In this document: in pieces, positions 49,482 to 58,202 of the stretch | Position numbering within the stretch: position 1 is the first letter of the stretch | How the letters are laid out: every line of letters begins with the position of its first letter | Assembly (NCBI GenBank): GCA_949284685.1 | Contig: CASDWE010000002.1 | Location: forward strand, 596,106 to 660,105 | Direction of reading: 5' to 3' | Origin: an uncultured bacterium | GTDB taxonomy: Bacteria > Bacillota_I > Bacilli_A > RFN20 > CAG-826 | Length of the DNA stretch: 64,000 nucleotides | The notes under the pieces: generated by a model | Told to the model about the DNA's origin: nothing | Database searches by the model: none | What the model saw: only the letters and a program-made list of their open reading frames with translations | Made by a program: the position numbers and the translations under genes

Positions 49482-51149
49482 ATGTCTTTATTTAAAGAAA
49501 AACCGATATTATTTGAAACAATGTACTTCAAAGGTGGAGATTATGCAGGTGCTTTCTTTTTAAAGAATGTCGTTGACAATCTTTCTTATATTGAAACAAC
49601 TTTATCTTCGTTTGATTACTCAATTAATTCTATTGAAGATTTGTTTGATTTTTTGTGGTTGTCAGACTTTATAGAGATGGCAAATGAATTAGATATATTT
49701 AAAATCGATGAGGATATTAAAACAAGAATTCGTAATCTTGCTGATTCTATATATACTAATCCAAAAGAGTTTATAAAGTTTATTAATAATGATCCTGAAT
49801 TGGTTTTTACAAAACAAAATATTAATAAACCAATGTATTGGCATCTTTACTTACCGAGAATGTTAAATCTATGCTTTAACAAATATTCAACATCATTGAG
49901 ACAAAATGTTTTTGACTTCATAGAAGAAAATCTATATTTGAATGTATTATCATCATTTGATGAGTACCAAAAGTATTATCTAAAACATAAAGAATCATTT
50001 AAAAAGTTATTTAATTCTTTGAAAGAAACCAGACCATTTGATGACCAGATTTATAAAAACTTTTTATTAAAAAAGAATGATATTATAGATCTCGAATTCT
50101 TAAAAGAACAAGCCACATTTATATGTGAAAGAGCATATGATGAAATAATAAAAATGGGGTTAGATTCAGAAAATAAAGAAATTATGCAAGCAGTTAATTT
50201 TTTTGATGAATATTATGAACTTGCTCGTTTTTATAAACTTAAATGTGCAAATAAATATAGTGCCTATAAACCAAAAATAGAAAAAGTGTTAAATGATTAC
50301 ATTGTTAAGCATGGTCAACATATGGATTTTGGTCCTATAGATTTAAAACCAGCGCTAGATATTTTTGAAAAATCAGATGATGTATATAGATTTTTTCAAC
50401 TAACACATAGCATGAAAGATGATAAATACTATAACAATTTAAATAATGTATTTGAAACTACTCCGCCTGATGGTTTATCAGAATTATTTCCACCGAGAGG
50501 TAAAGTTGGTAGTGAGAATTATCCTATCTATAGACAGGATCATATTGATTTATATCTTTCGATTAATTCGAGTATTTTAAATATGATAATAGTTCATCCA
50601 AAGTTATCTGTTGATTTTTCGAATTATATCGGTGCAATCTGCTCTCATGTTCAAACTAACTATTTTGATGATCAAATCAATATTTTCAAAGAAATCGGTG
50701 GAAGTTATGAGATGATTAGTAATCTTTATATGCTTAGAACAAAGAAGCAGAGTGACTCTTTATTGTATAAAGCATTATGTAACGGATGCTGTGTAAATTT
50801 ATGTGGAACCATTGAAAAGATACTAAGAAATATAATAATTAAAGAAGAATCAGACAATGTTTACATTGATGAAAGTAAACTCACATTAGGTCAAATTTTT
50901 AAAAGAACGCATAATTTATCATCAATTTCAAATGGTATTAAATACTATTTAAAATACATATTAATGACTGATGAAGAGACTTCACCAATAAAAGAAAAAA
51001 GACCAGGTAGGGATATAAGAAATTGGCAGATGCATAACGCAAATGATAAGTATGATAAAACAAGTTATCAATTATGCGTTGAACTATTCTATTTAACTAT
51101 ATCTCTTGTAGTTGATTTAGTTGTAGTATCGTTAAAATACGACGAGTAG
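49482..51149 (+). CDS. Hypothetical protein with a C-terminal HEPN-like Rx4H motif
   Basis: The 555-aa product has a C-terminal ...RPGRDIRNWQMHNANDKYD... (R-x4-H) motif, similar to the motif in the 58195 gene. Confidence 0.4.
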   Translation: MSLFKEKPILFETMYFKGGDYAGAFFLKNVVDNLSYIETTLSSFDYSINSIEDLFDFLWLSDFIEMANELDIFKIDEDIKTRIRNLADSIYTNPKEFIKFINNDPELVFTKQNINKPMYWHLYLPRMLNLCFNKYSTSLRQNVFDFIEENLYLNVLSSFDEYQKYYLKHKESFKKLFNSLKETRPFDDQIYKNFLLKKNDIIDLEFLKEQATFICERAYDEIIKMGLDSENKEIMQAVNFFDEYYELARFYKLKCANKYSAYKPKIEKVLNDYIVKHGQHMDFGPIDLKPALDIFEKSDDVYRFFQLTHSMKDDKYYNNLNNVFETTPPDGLSELFPPRGKVGSENYPIYRQDHIDLYLSINSSILNMIIVHPKLSVDFSNYIGAICSHVQTNYFDDQINIFKEIGGSYEMISNLYMLRTKKQSDSLLYKALCNGCCVNLCGTIEKILRNIIIKEESDNVYIDESKLTLGQIFKRTHNLSSISNGIKYYLKYILMTDEETSPIKEKRPGRDIRNWQMHNANDKYDKTSYQLCVELFYLTISLVVDLVVVSLKYDE

Positions 51150-51184
51150 TCTTGCATTTGTTTTTTATATTAATGAGGTAGAAT

Positions 51185-51901
51185 ATGAAATCATTGAATG
51201 AAATAAAGTTATCTATAATAGATGAATTATCTAAGAACAAAGCGTATGATTTACCAAATATATGTTCTGCACTAGGGTTGGAAGATGGTACTGAAAACGA
51301 AGCCTATAATAGTAAAAGAATGTATGTGAGTAAACGAATTAATCATCTTTCTAAAGTTGAAATAAATAAATTACTATATGCAATGAAAGAAAATTTTGAT
51401 ATTGACCTATTACCAGAAGAAAACTGTAACTTTGATAATCTAAAAAAAGTCTCTGAAGAAATAAATAGTGACTATATAAATGTACAAATAGAATTAATGA
51501 AAAAATTTCAAAAAGAAAATCCAACAGAGGCTATTGGTAAAGCGAAGGAACTTTTAGAAACTATTTGTAAAACCATTTTAAAAAGATTAAATATAGAATT
51601 CGATGAATCATGTGAAATCCAAGCCTTAGCAAAAGCAACTTATAAAGCCTTGAAATTATCTCCAGATGAAGTAAAGGATGGCCCTTTATCTCAAACAATA
51701 AAACAAATATTAGGTGGATTGAATAGTATTTCAAGTGGTTTGGCTAGTTTGAGAAACTCTTATGGAAGTGGACATGGCAAGGACGAAAGTTATAAGGGGC
51801 TTCCAGAAAGATATTCAAAGTTAGCAATTGGAAGTGTATCTACACTAGTGGTGTTTCTATGGGAAACAATGCTATATCAAATTGATAAAAATCAAGAGTA
51901 A
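51185..51901 (+). CDS. Abi_C-like abortive-infection protein (HEPN superfamily), tentative
   Basis: The C-terminal ...SSGLASLRNSYGSGHGKD... fits the Abi_C pattern R-N-x5-H-G. There is a GAGG RBS. Confidence 0.5.
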   Translation: MKSLNEIKLSIIDELSKNKAYDLPNICSALGLEDGTENEAYNSKRMYVSKRINHLSKVEINKLLYAMKENFDIDLLPEENCNFDNLKKVSEEINSDYINVQIELMKKFQKENPTEAIGKAKELLETICKTILKRLNIEFDESCEIQALAKATYKALKLSPDEVKDGPLSQTIKQILGGLNSISSGLASLRNSYGSGHGKDESYKGLPERYSKLAIGSVSTLVVFLWETMLYQIDKNQE

Positions 51902-52132
51902 ATAATTGTAGTGATTTTATTCTTAAACTTGCATTTAGTAGAAACTAATGGAATAAGTATGTTAAAACCTGTCGTTTGGGTGAAAAAAATAACATTAGCA
52001 AATTTAAGGTCAAATAACTGTAGAGTTATTGTAGGTTCAGTAAATTGATAAAATAACTCTTTTGTTATATAATTATACCGATAATCTAAAGTACCAGAAA
52101 GTTGAGGAAGGGCTCAAAGGAGGTACTTGTGT

Positions 52133-52363
52133 ATGGATTATCAAAAAGCCATATTAGATAAAGAAGCAACAAGTATTAAACTTAGGTCCCTTAGAATCAA
52201 AGCTAATCTAACACATGATAGACTAGCTGCATTACTTCAACTAAACACACCTCGTGTGATTTATGATTGGGAATGTGCAAAGAAGATGCCTAATGTTGAA
52301 AACTTGTATAATCTGGCTCTAATATTTAATATGAAAATGGAGGATTTACTTGTGACCAAGTAG
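52133..52363 (+). CDS. XRE-family helix-turn-helix transcriptional regulator
   Basis: The HTH_3 core LRSLRIKANLTHDRLAALLQLNTPRVIYDWECAKKMPNVENLYNLALIF is present. An AAGGAGG RBS lies 9 nt upstream of the ATG at 52133. The track's 52127 start is a TTG. Confidence 0.7.
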   Translation: MDYQKAILDKEATSIKLRSLRIKANLTHDRLAALLQLNTPRVIYDWECAKKMPNVENLYNLALIFNMKMEDLLVTK

Positions 52364-52672
52364 ATCCTTCTTTTTTATTTTTGAACTATAGTACATTTTT
52401 TATTCCTGGATTTATTGTTAAAATAATAACAGTATCTATGAATATGTCCGTTGATATTGAAATAAATTTCAATAATGTGATATAATTATATAAAGATACA
52501 TATGCAGGTTCTGAAACAGTGGAGTAAGAACTTTACCTATATGAAATGTTGGAACAAATCCTATGGTTGGGATATACCATATGAGGAGTAAACCAATAGT
52601 TAAAAGCTAATTTTCAAGAGTGGTATTGCGTGTCTAAACAAAATAACATAATAAGAGGAAGAATGTTATTGA

Positions 52673-52708
52673 AGTGGCGATAGGCTAATACCTACCGTCA
52701 CTTTTTTG
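52673..52708 (+). terminator. Intrinsic terminator (attenuator-like) at the end of a ~370-nt leader, 7 nt upstream of the operon RBS
   Basis: agtggcgatagg-ctaata-cctaccgtcact forms a 12-bp stem with one G-U pair and one mismatch, followed by TTTTTTG. The AAGGAGG RBS and the ATG at 52731 follow. Confidence 0.5.
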
Positions 52709-52730
52709 TATATAAGGAGGTGTCAATAAC

Positions 52731-53660
52731 ATGAAAAAGAAAAGCAAAGTCATCGGTAAAGACTATGATAAATTAGAAAAAGATAATAGATTCGATCAGA
52801 TTGATTATTATGGTCTTATTGCTAAAGATGGCAGAATTAAAATTGACACAAAGAGATATAAAAAATTCTTTACTATTCCTGATACTAAAATAGAAAGAAG
52901 ACAATCTGTTTATTACCTTCCAACAAAGCAACATAGATCCGATTATAAATGTAATTGGTTCAGAGATTTGTTAGCAGGTTATAAACAATTGTGGTTTAGA
53001 GAATATAAAAGTTTTATTGATAGCATTAAGACACCAAAGCAAGTAGAAGATAGTGCGAGATTAGATTATTTAGCTGATGGTGTTCTTGAGTACGATGAAG
53101 CTAATGCAAAAGCATTTATTGCAGGTATGAAAAGAAGTGCTGACTATAAAGTGATTATTAAATCTTTATATGCTCAATTCTTCCATCAAATGATGTCTAG
53201 CATTGATGCTTTATGTTTAAAGATGTTAACTGCCTGTGGTTATAAAGAAGAAGATTATACTAAGAAACAATTTGATATTTATATTCAAGGTTTGCAAGGT
53301 AATAATGCATTATCATTCAGACAATACGATAATTATCAATTATATGATAGAGCATTTACTGTTTGGAACTTCCTAAAGCATAACTCTCTTAGATCATATA
53401 AGATCTTGAAGCAATGGTATCCTAAAATGGTATGGGATCCAGAAGAGAAATATCAAAATGGTGAATCTGCACTTACTGTTGTTAAATTAGATGAGAAATT
53501 CATCTTAGATTGTATTGATAACTTACATTTATTCTTTGATGAATTATGTGCGAGAGCTTTTGGTGAAAATGCTGATGATGCACAATGGGATTATGATGAT
53601 TACTTCTTAGACGTCGTACAAGATGAAATAGATGTTATTGTTAATCCACTAGGTATATAG
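52731..53660 (+). CDS. Hypothetical protein, first gene of the helicase operon
   Basis: The 309-aa product has a strong AAGGAGG RBS and no recognisable catalytic motif. Confidence 0.45.
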   Translation: MKKKSKVIGKDYDKLEKDNRFDQIDYYGLIAKDGRIKIDTKRYKKFFTIPDTKIERRQSVYYLPTKQHRSDYKCNWFRDLLAGYKQLWFREYKSFIDSIKTPKQVEDSARLDYLADGVLEYDEANAKAFIAGMKRSADYKVIIKSLYAQFFHQMMSSIDALCLKMLTACGYKEEDYTKKQFDIYIQGLQGNNALSFRQYDNYQLYDRAFTVWNFLKHNSLRSYKILKQWYPKMVWDPEEKYQNGESALTVVKLDEKFILDCIDNLHLFFDELCARAFGENADDAQWDYDDYFLDVVQDEIDVIVNPLGI

Positions 53661-53672
53661 GAGGGCGGAAGA

Positions 53673-56600
53673 ATGGCATATTTATTTCTATCTTTTACTG
53701 ACAGATTGAATAATGGTTCTAATTTTAAAAGTGAATTATATAATCAATCTCTAACTGAACAATTTGAATATATCCAAAAAAGAATCCCTCTTGAAAGACA
53801 AGTTAGTAGCTTTAGATCATTTATAGAAGAATGCTTTACTACAGGAATGATGAAGAAATATTACATTTCTTGCCCTAACTTCTTAAGAGAAAAAGAATCT
53901 TCAAAAAGTGGTAAAGTGCAATATCTTGATAATGTAGTTGTACGTCCAGAATTAACTTTATCAATGAGAAAAGTGTTACCTGATAATCAAAACATAATTC
54001 TTATCGGTAAGATTGTAGAAGGTGGCAAACAAAAACATTTAGAGGTAAAAGGGATACAATTAATAGATTCCTCTATGTCTTCACCTAATGATATTGTTAT
54101 TTCTGCAGCTGCATGTAATTCATTTTCTGAAGAAAAAAGAGCAAGCATGTATGGTGGTACATTTGCTGTTAACATATGGTCGGTTCCAAATGTTCCTTAT
54201 GAAGATACTGTATTTACACCTAATTTTGTATATGAACTAATTCAATCATGCTGGACTGTATCTAAGCCAGAGCAAATTAGACAATCTTATGATATTTGGA
54301 ATAAATACATTGAATTTAGAAAGTACTATCTTCAAGAACAATCAAAGCGTAATTTTAAATTAGATAGAGCTATGTTTGTTGAAGCATATGCCGTCAATAG
54401 AAAAGACTACAAAAAGAATGCTTCAATTTATGATGAATATCTACTTGATGGACGAGATGAGTTTAAATGGGGAGATATGATTGTTTTATCTGAAAAGATA
54501 GAAGATGCTGAAGAATTCCCACTTATTAGATTAGATATTGAAAGAAATAGAAAAGCTTTTAATGAAGCTAAAGTTACAAAACGTGGAAAATTAGTTAATG
54601 AAGAAGAACGTAAGATTCGTTCATTATCTAGTGATAATGTATTTATTACTGCTATTGATCCTGAAAGTAAATCACAGCATAACGATAGACAGGTTACTTT
54701 TGGTGAATTATTAAATGCTGGATATGCATTAGGTGATAGATTTAAAATTGTTTCTTATGATATCGAACCTACTGAGCATTTAGAAGAATTAGATCAAGTA
54801 TATACAAAAGATATTGATAACTCATATAAAAATATAGATGCTAAGTTTGAAAAGATTATTAAAGAAGAAGTAAAACAAGCAGTTACTTTATATGAAAAAG
54901 AATTAAATAAACAAGCTAAAGAAAGAATTGATTCTTATAAAAATGAACTAGATAGTTCTTTAGAACAAGATGTTTTAGAAAATAAAGATAAAAATATTAT
55001 TAGTTTAATTGATAAAAAGAAAAAAGAAATTGAAGCTAATGTTAAAAAGAATAATAAACAAGATAAAAAAGAAAAAGATAATGAATATGCATTAAGAATA
55101 AAAGCGTTAATTGAAGATGAAATATCTAAAATTGATGTCAAGTCATATTATGTTGAAAGAAATTCTAAATTATTACAAGATAATGCGAATAAGATTGAAG
55201 TTGAACTAAAGAGATTATTGGCACAGTATGAAGTAAAAAAGAATTCTGAAATTACTAACAAATATAAAGATGATGTTAGAAATGAAAAGATTAAATCAAA
55301 AGAAGAACTTGATGCTAAGTTAAAGTCTGATAAAGAAAAAGCAATTGAAGAAGAAACAATTATTAGATTCTCGTTATATTTTAGATTAGGTGATTCTAAT
55401 AATTTTATTTCTGATAAGCAAAAAAAGGTTGTAGATTCTTGTGAATATATTGTTTATGATAATCGTGCTGAAAAGGCAAAGATATCAAGACAAGAAGCAG
55501 CTTTAGATAATTTCTATTCTGGATATGTTAAGAATCCATATCTTTCAACATATCTTTTTAATCCTGAAGAATTAGATACTGTTAAAGCTGAACCTAGCGA
55601 TTGGATATGGTATTTAGATTCTCTTAATGAAAAGCAAAAAGAGGCTGTAAGAAAAGCAGTTTCAAGTAACGGTATATTCTTACTTCAAGGTCCTCCAGGA
55701 ACTGGTAAAACACAAGTAATTGCTGAAACAGTAGCTCAGTTAATTAAAAAAGGTAAGAAGGTATTAATTTCATCAGAAACTCATAAGGCAATTGATAATG
55801 TATTTGAAAGATTACCTAAGATTGCTGAAATTGTACCTATTAGATTAATTCCTTCTAATAATGATAAAAAGAAAGAAAACGAATATGATCCAAAATTCCT
55901 AGTAGATAATTTCTATTTAAATATTTCTTCTAATATGAAGAAAGCTGTTAATAGATATAAGAATTTTGAAAAGAACAAAATAGAATTTGCTGAAAACTTT
56001 GATAAATTAAAGTTGGCAAAAGCCAAAATAGAAAAATCTCAAAAGGTTTTAGATAAGGCTAACGAAGAAATCAAAAAGTTTGAAGACAATGCTAAAGACA
56101 TTAATTCTAAGATATCAGTATTAAATGATAAAAAGGACTTGGTCAGAATTGATATTGATATCTTAAGAAGAACTAAACGTCATATTGAAAATGATAATTT
56201 GAGACCTGATGAAGATGTAAAGGTTGACTTGATTGTTGATGTAAGAAAGAAACTAGAACCTTTATTTGAAAAAGATGTTTATATCGATGATGATTTAGGC
56301 CAATTATTAAAAAATATTAATTTAATTAAAAATGATGAAATAGAACGTGAGTTAGCAGTCATTAATCCTGAATCCAATAAAACTATTCTTGAAGTTAAGA
56401 AAAATGATTTAAAGGCTGAATTAAATAAATATGTTGATGAATTGGGAGACATTATTAATCCTAATAATGAAGAAAAAGTTGAAGAAATTAAAAATGAATT
56501 AAGAAAGGTTTTAAAAGAACTTAAGGCTGAATCAGTTGACATATCTTTAAGCGATTTAAAACTTAATAAGATTTTTAATTATTCATATTTAGTTGCTAAT

Positions 56601-58202
56601 ATTTCTCTAATTCCAGAAGTTATTAGAACTGTAAAAGATAGAATTATTGAGATTAAATCTTCAACGATAGAAGTTCTTAATAAAGAATTACGTACTATTG
56701 AAGATAAACAAGCAGAACTAGATAAAGAAATAGATTCATTAAAGCAACAAATAAAAGTAATTAATGAAAATATTATTGATATTCAAGAAAGAAATGATGT
56801 TAAAGATATTCAAGAAGCTAAATACAAGCTTGAGAATGATTTAATAAAATTCTTTAAAGATTTTGAAATTGCTGAACCATATAGAGATGTAGATGAAGGT
56901 CTAAAGATTATTAAACGTAAATGGTCTGAGCTTGAAGATGATTTCCAAGCGAAAGAACAAGAAAATAGAGAAAAAATACCTATGTATGAAAAGATCGCAA
57001 ATTACATCACTAGTGAAGATGTAATTGAAGAAGATAGAAAGGTATTTACTAAAGACTTGTTTGAAAATGCTAATGTATTTGGTATTACATGTACATCTAA
57101 CGATAGATTCAGTGGAAGAAATGTTGATGCATTATCTGAATATAATATCGATGAGATTGATATTAAGTCTGTAGGTATTGATGTAGTTATTATTGACGAA
57201 GTTTCTAAATCAAGTTTTATAGATTTATTGATACCTATTCTTTATGGTAAAACAGTTATTCTAGTTGGAGACCATAGACAATTACCTCCAATGTATGAAT
57301 TCTCAAAATTAAGAGATGATGATTTTGAAGGATTAGATGAGACAATTATTAATAAAGAAATTAATAAAGAGTTCACTAAATTGTATGAAGAGTGTTTCTT
57401 CAAAACTCTATTTGAAAGAATACCAGATAGTTATAAAACTATGTTAGTTCAACAATATAGATGTCATGAACATATTATGAATGTATTTAACCATTTCTAT
57501 AAAGGCGAATTAAAACTAGGTTTTGCAGGTCAAAACAATAATAAACATCATAATGTTAAATTACTATCAAATGGTAGAAATATTATCGAACCAGATAAAC
57601 ATATTTATTTTGTTGATTGTAAGCAAAATGAAACGCATGAAGCTGATTCAACATCTATGTACAATACTGGTGAAGCTAGAGTTGTAGTTGAATTAATCAG
57701 AAAATTAAATACATACTTTAAATCGCATCCTGAACTTGAAAAGTTAAGCATTGGTGTTATTTGTACTTACGGAGACCAAGCTAGAAAAGTAAAAGAATTA
57801 CTTAAGAGTGAAAAGGTTAAAACTGATGCATTTAAAACTGACGTTGAAAAGATGATAGTCTCTACAGTCGATGATTTCCAAGGCGATGAAAGAGATATTA
57901 TTATCTTGACTACAGTTAGAAATCCTGAGAATCCAAAAAGAAGTAATCCTGGATTCATCTTGGCTTATCAAAGAATTAATGTTGCCTTATCTAGAGCTAG
58001 AAGAATGCTTGTTATGGTAGGTAATAGAAAATACCTAGAAGAAAAAGGTGTGATAGATCTACCAGATGTCTATGGTCGTGTTGGTAAAGAGCAACGAAAC
58101 TTTAGAGTTTATGAAGAAATCCTATCTACTATTGAACGATATGGTAAGGTCATTGAGGATATTGATGTATTAGATGATAAGGAGGCGAGAATAAATGGAT
58201 AA
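53673..58202 (+). CDS. Giant Upf1/DNA2-like superfamily-1B helicase (1509 aa) with an unassigned ~640-aa N-terminus and a ~500-aa Lys/Glu coiled-coil insertion
   Basis: Motif I is LLQGPPGTGKTQ and motif II is VVIIDEVSKSSF. VGDHRQLPPM is motif III and QYRCHEHI is motif IV. VSTVDDFQGDERDIIILTTVR and YQRINVALSRARRMLVMVGN are motifs V and VI, the AAA_11/AAA_12 architecture. There is a GGAGGG RBS. Confidence 0.8.
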   Translation: MAYLFLSFTDRLNNGSNFKSELYNQSLTEQFEYIQKRIPLERQVSSFRSFIEECFTTGMMKKYYISCPNFLREKESSKSGKVQYLDNVVVRPELTLSMRKVLPDNQNIILIGKIVEGGKQKHLEVKGIQLIDSSMSSPNDIVISAAACNSFSEEKRASMYGGTFAVNIWSVPNVPYEDTVFTPNFVYELIQSCWTVSKPEQIRQSYDIWNKYIEFRKYYLQEQSKRNFKLDRAMFVEAYAVNRKDYKKNASIYDEYLLDGRDEFKWGDMIVLSEKIEDAEEFPLIRLDIERNRKAFNEAKVTKRGKLVNEEERKIRSLSSDNVFITAIDPESKSQHNDRQVTFGELLNAGYALGDRFKIVSYDIEPTEHLEELDQVYTKDIDNSYKNIDAKFEKIIKEEVKQAVTLYEKELNKQAKERIDSYKNELDSSLEQDVLENKDKNIISLIDKKKKEIEANVKKNNKQDKKEKDNEYALRIKALIEDEISKIDVKSYYVERNSKLLQDNANKIEVELKRLLAQYEVKKNSEITNKYKDDVRNEKIKSKEELDAKLKSDKEKAIEEETIIRFSLYFRLGDSNNFISDKQKKVVDSCEYIVYDNRAEKAKISRQEAALDNFYSGYVKNPYLSTYLFNPEELDTVKAEPSDWIWYLDSLNEKQKEAVRKAVSSNGIFLLQGPPGTGKTQVIAETVAQLIKKGKKVLISSETHKAIDNVFERLPKIAEIVPIRLIPSNNDKKKENEYDPKFLVDNFYLNISSNMKKAVNRYKNFEKNKIEFAENFDKLKLAKAKIEKSQKVLDKANEEIKKFEDNAKDINSKISVLNDKKDLVRIDIDILRRTKRHIENDNLRPDEDVKVDLIVDVRKKLEPLFEKDVYIDDDLGQLLKNINLIKNDEIERELAVINPESNKTILEVKKNDLKAELNKYVDELGDIINPNNEEKVEEIKNELRKVLKELKAESVDISLSDLKLNKIFNYSYLVANISLIPEVIRTVKDRIIEIKSSTIEVLNKELRTIEDKQAELDKEIDSLKQQIKVINENIIDIQERNDVKDIQEAKYKLENDLIKFFKDFEIAEPYRDVDEGLKIIKRKWSELEDDFQAKEQENREKIPMYEKIANYITSEDVIEEDRKVFTKDLFENANVFGITCTSNDRFSGRNVDALSEYNIDEIDIKSVGIDVVIIDEVSKSSFIDLLIPILYGKTVILVGDHRQLPPMYEFSKLRDDDFEGLDETIINKEINKEFTKLYEECFFKTLFERIPDSYKTMLVQQYRCHEHIMNVFNHFYKGELKLGFAGQNNNKHHNVKLLSNGRNIIEPDKHIYFVDCKQNETHEADSTSMYNTGEARVVVELIRKLNTYFKSHPELEKLSIGVICTYGDQARKVKELLKSEKVKTDAFKTDVEKMIVSTVDDFQGDERDIIILTTVRNPENPKRSNPGFILAYQRINVALSRARRMLVMVGNRKYLEEKGVIDLPDVYGRVGKEQRNFRVYEEILSTIERYGKVIEDIDVLDDKEARING

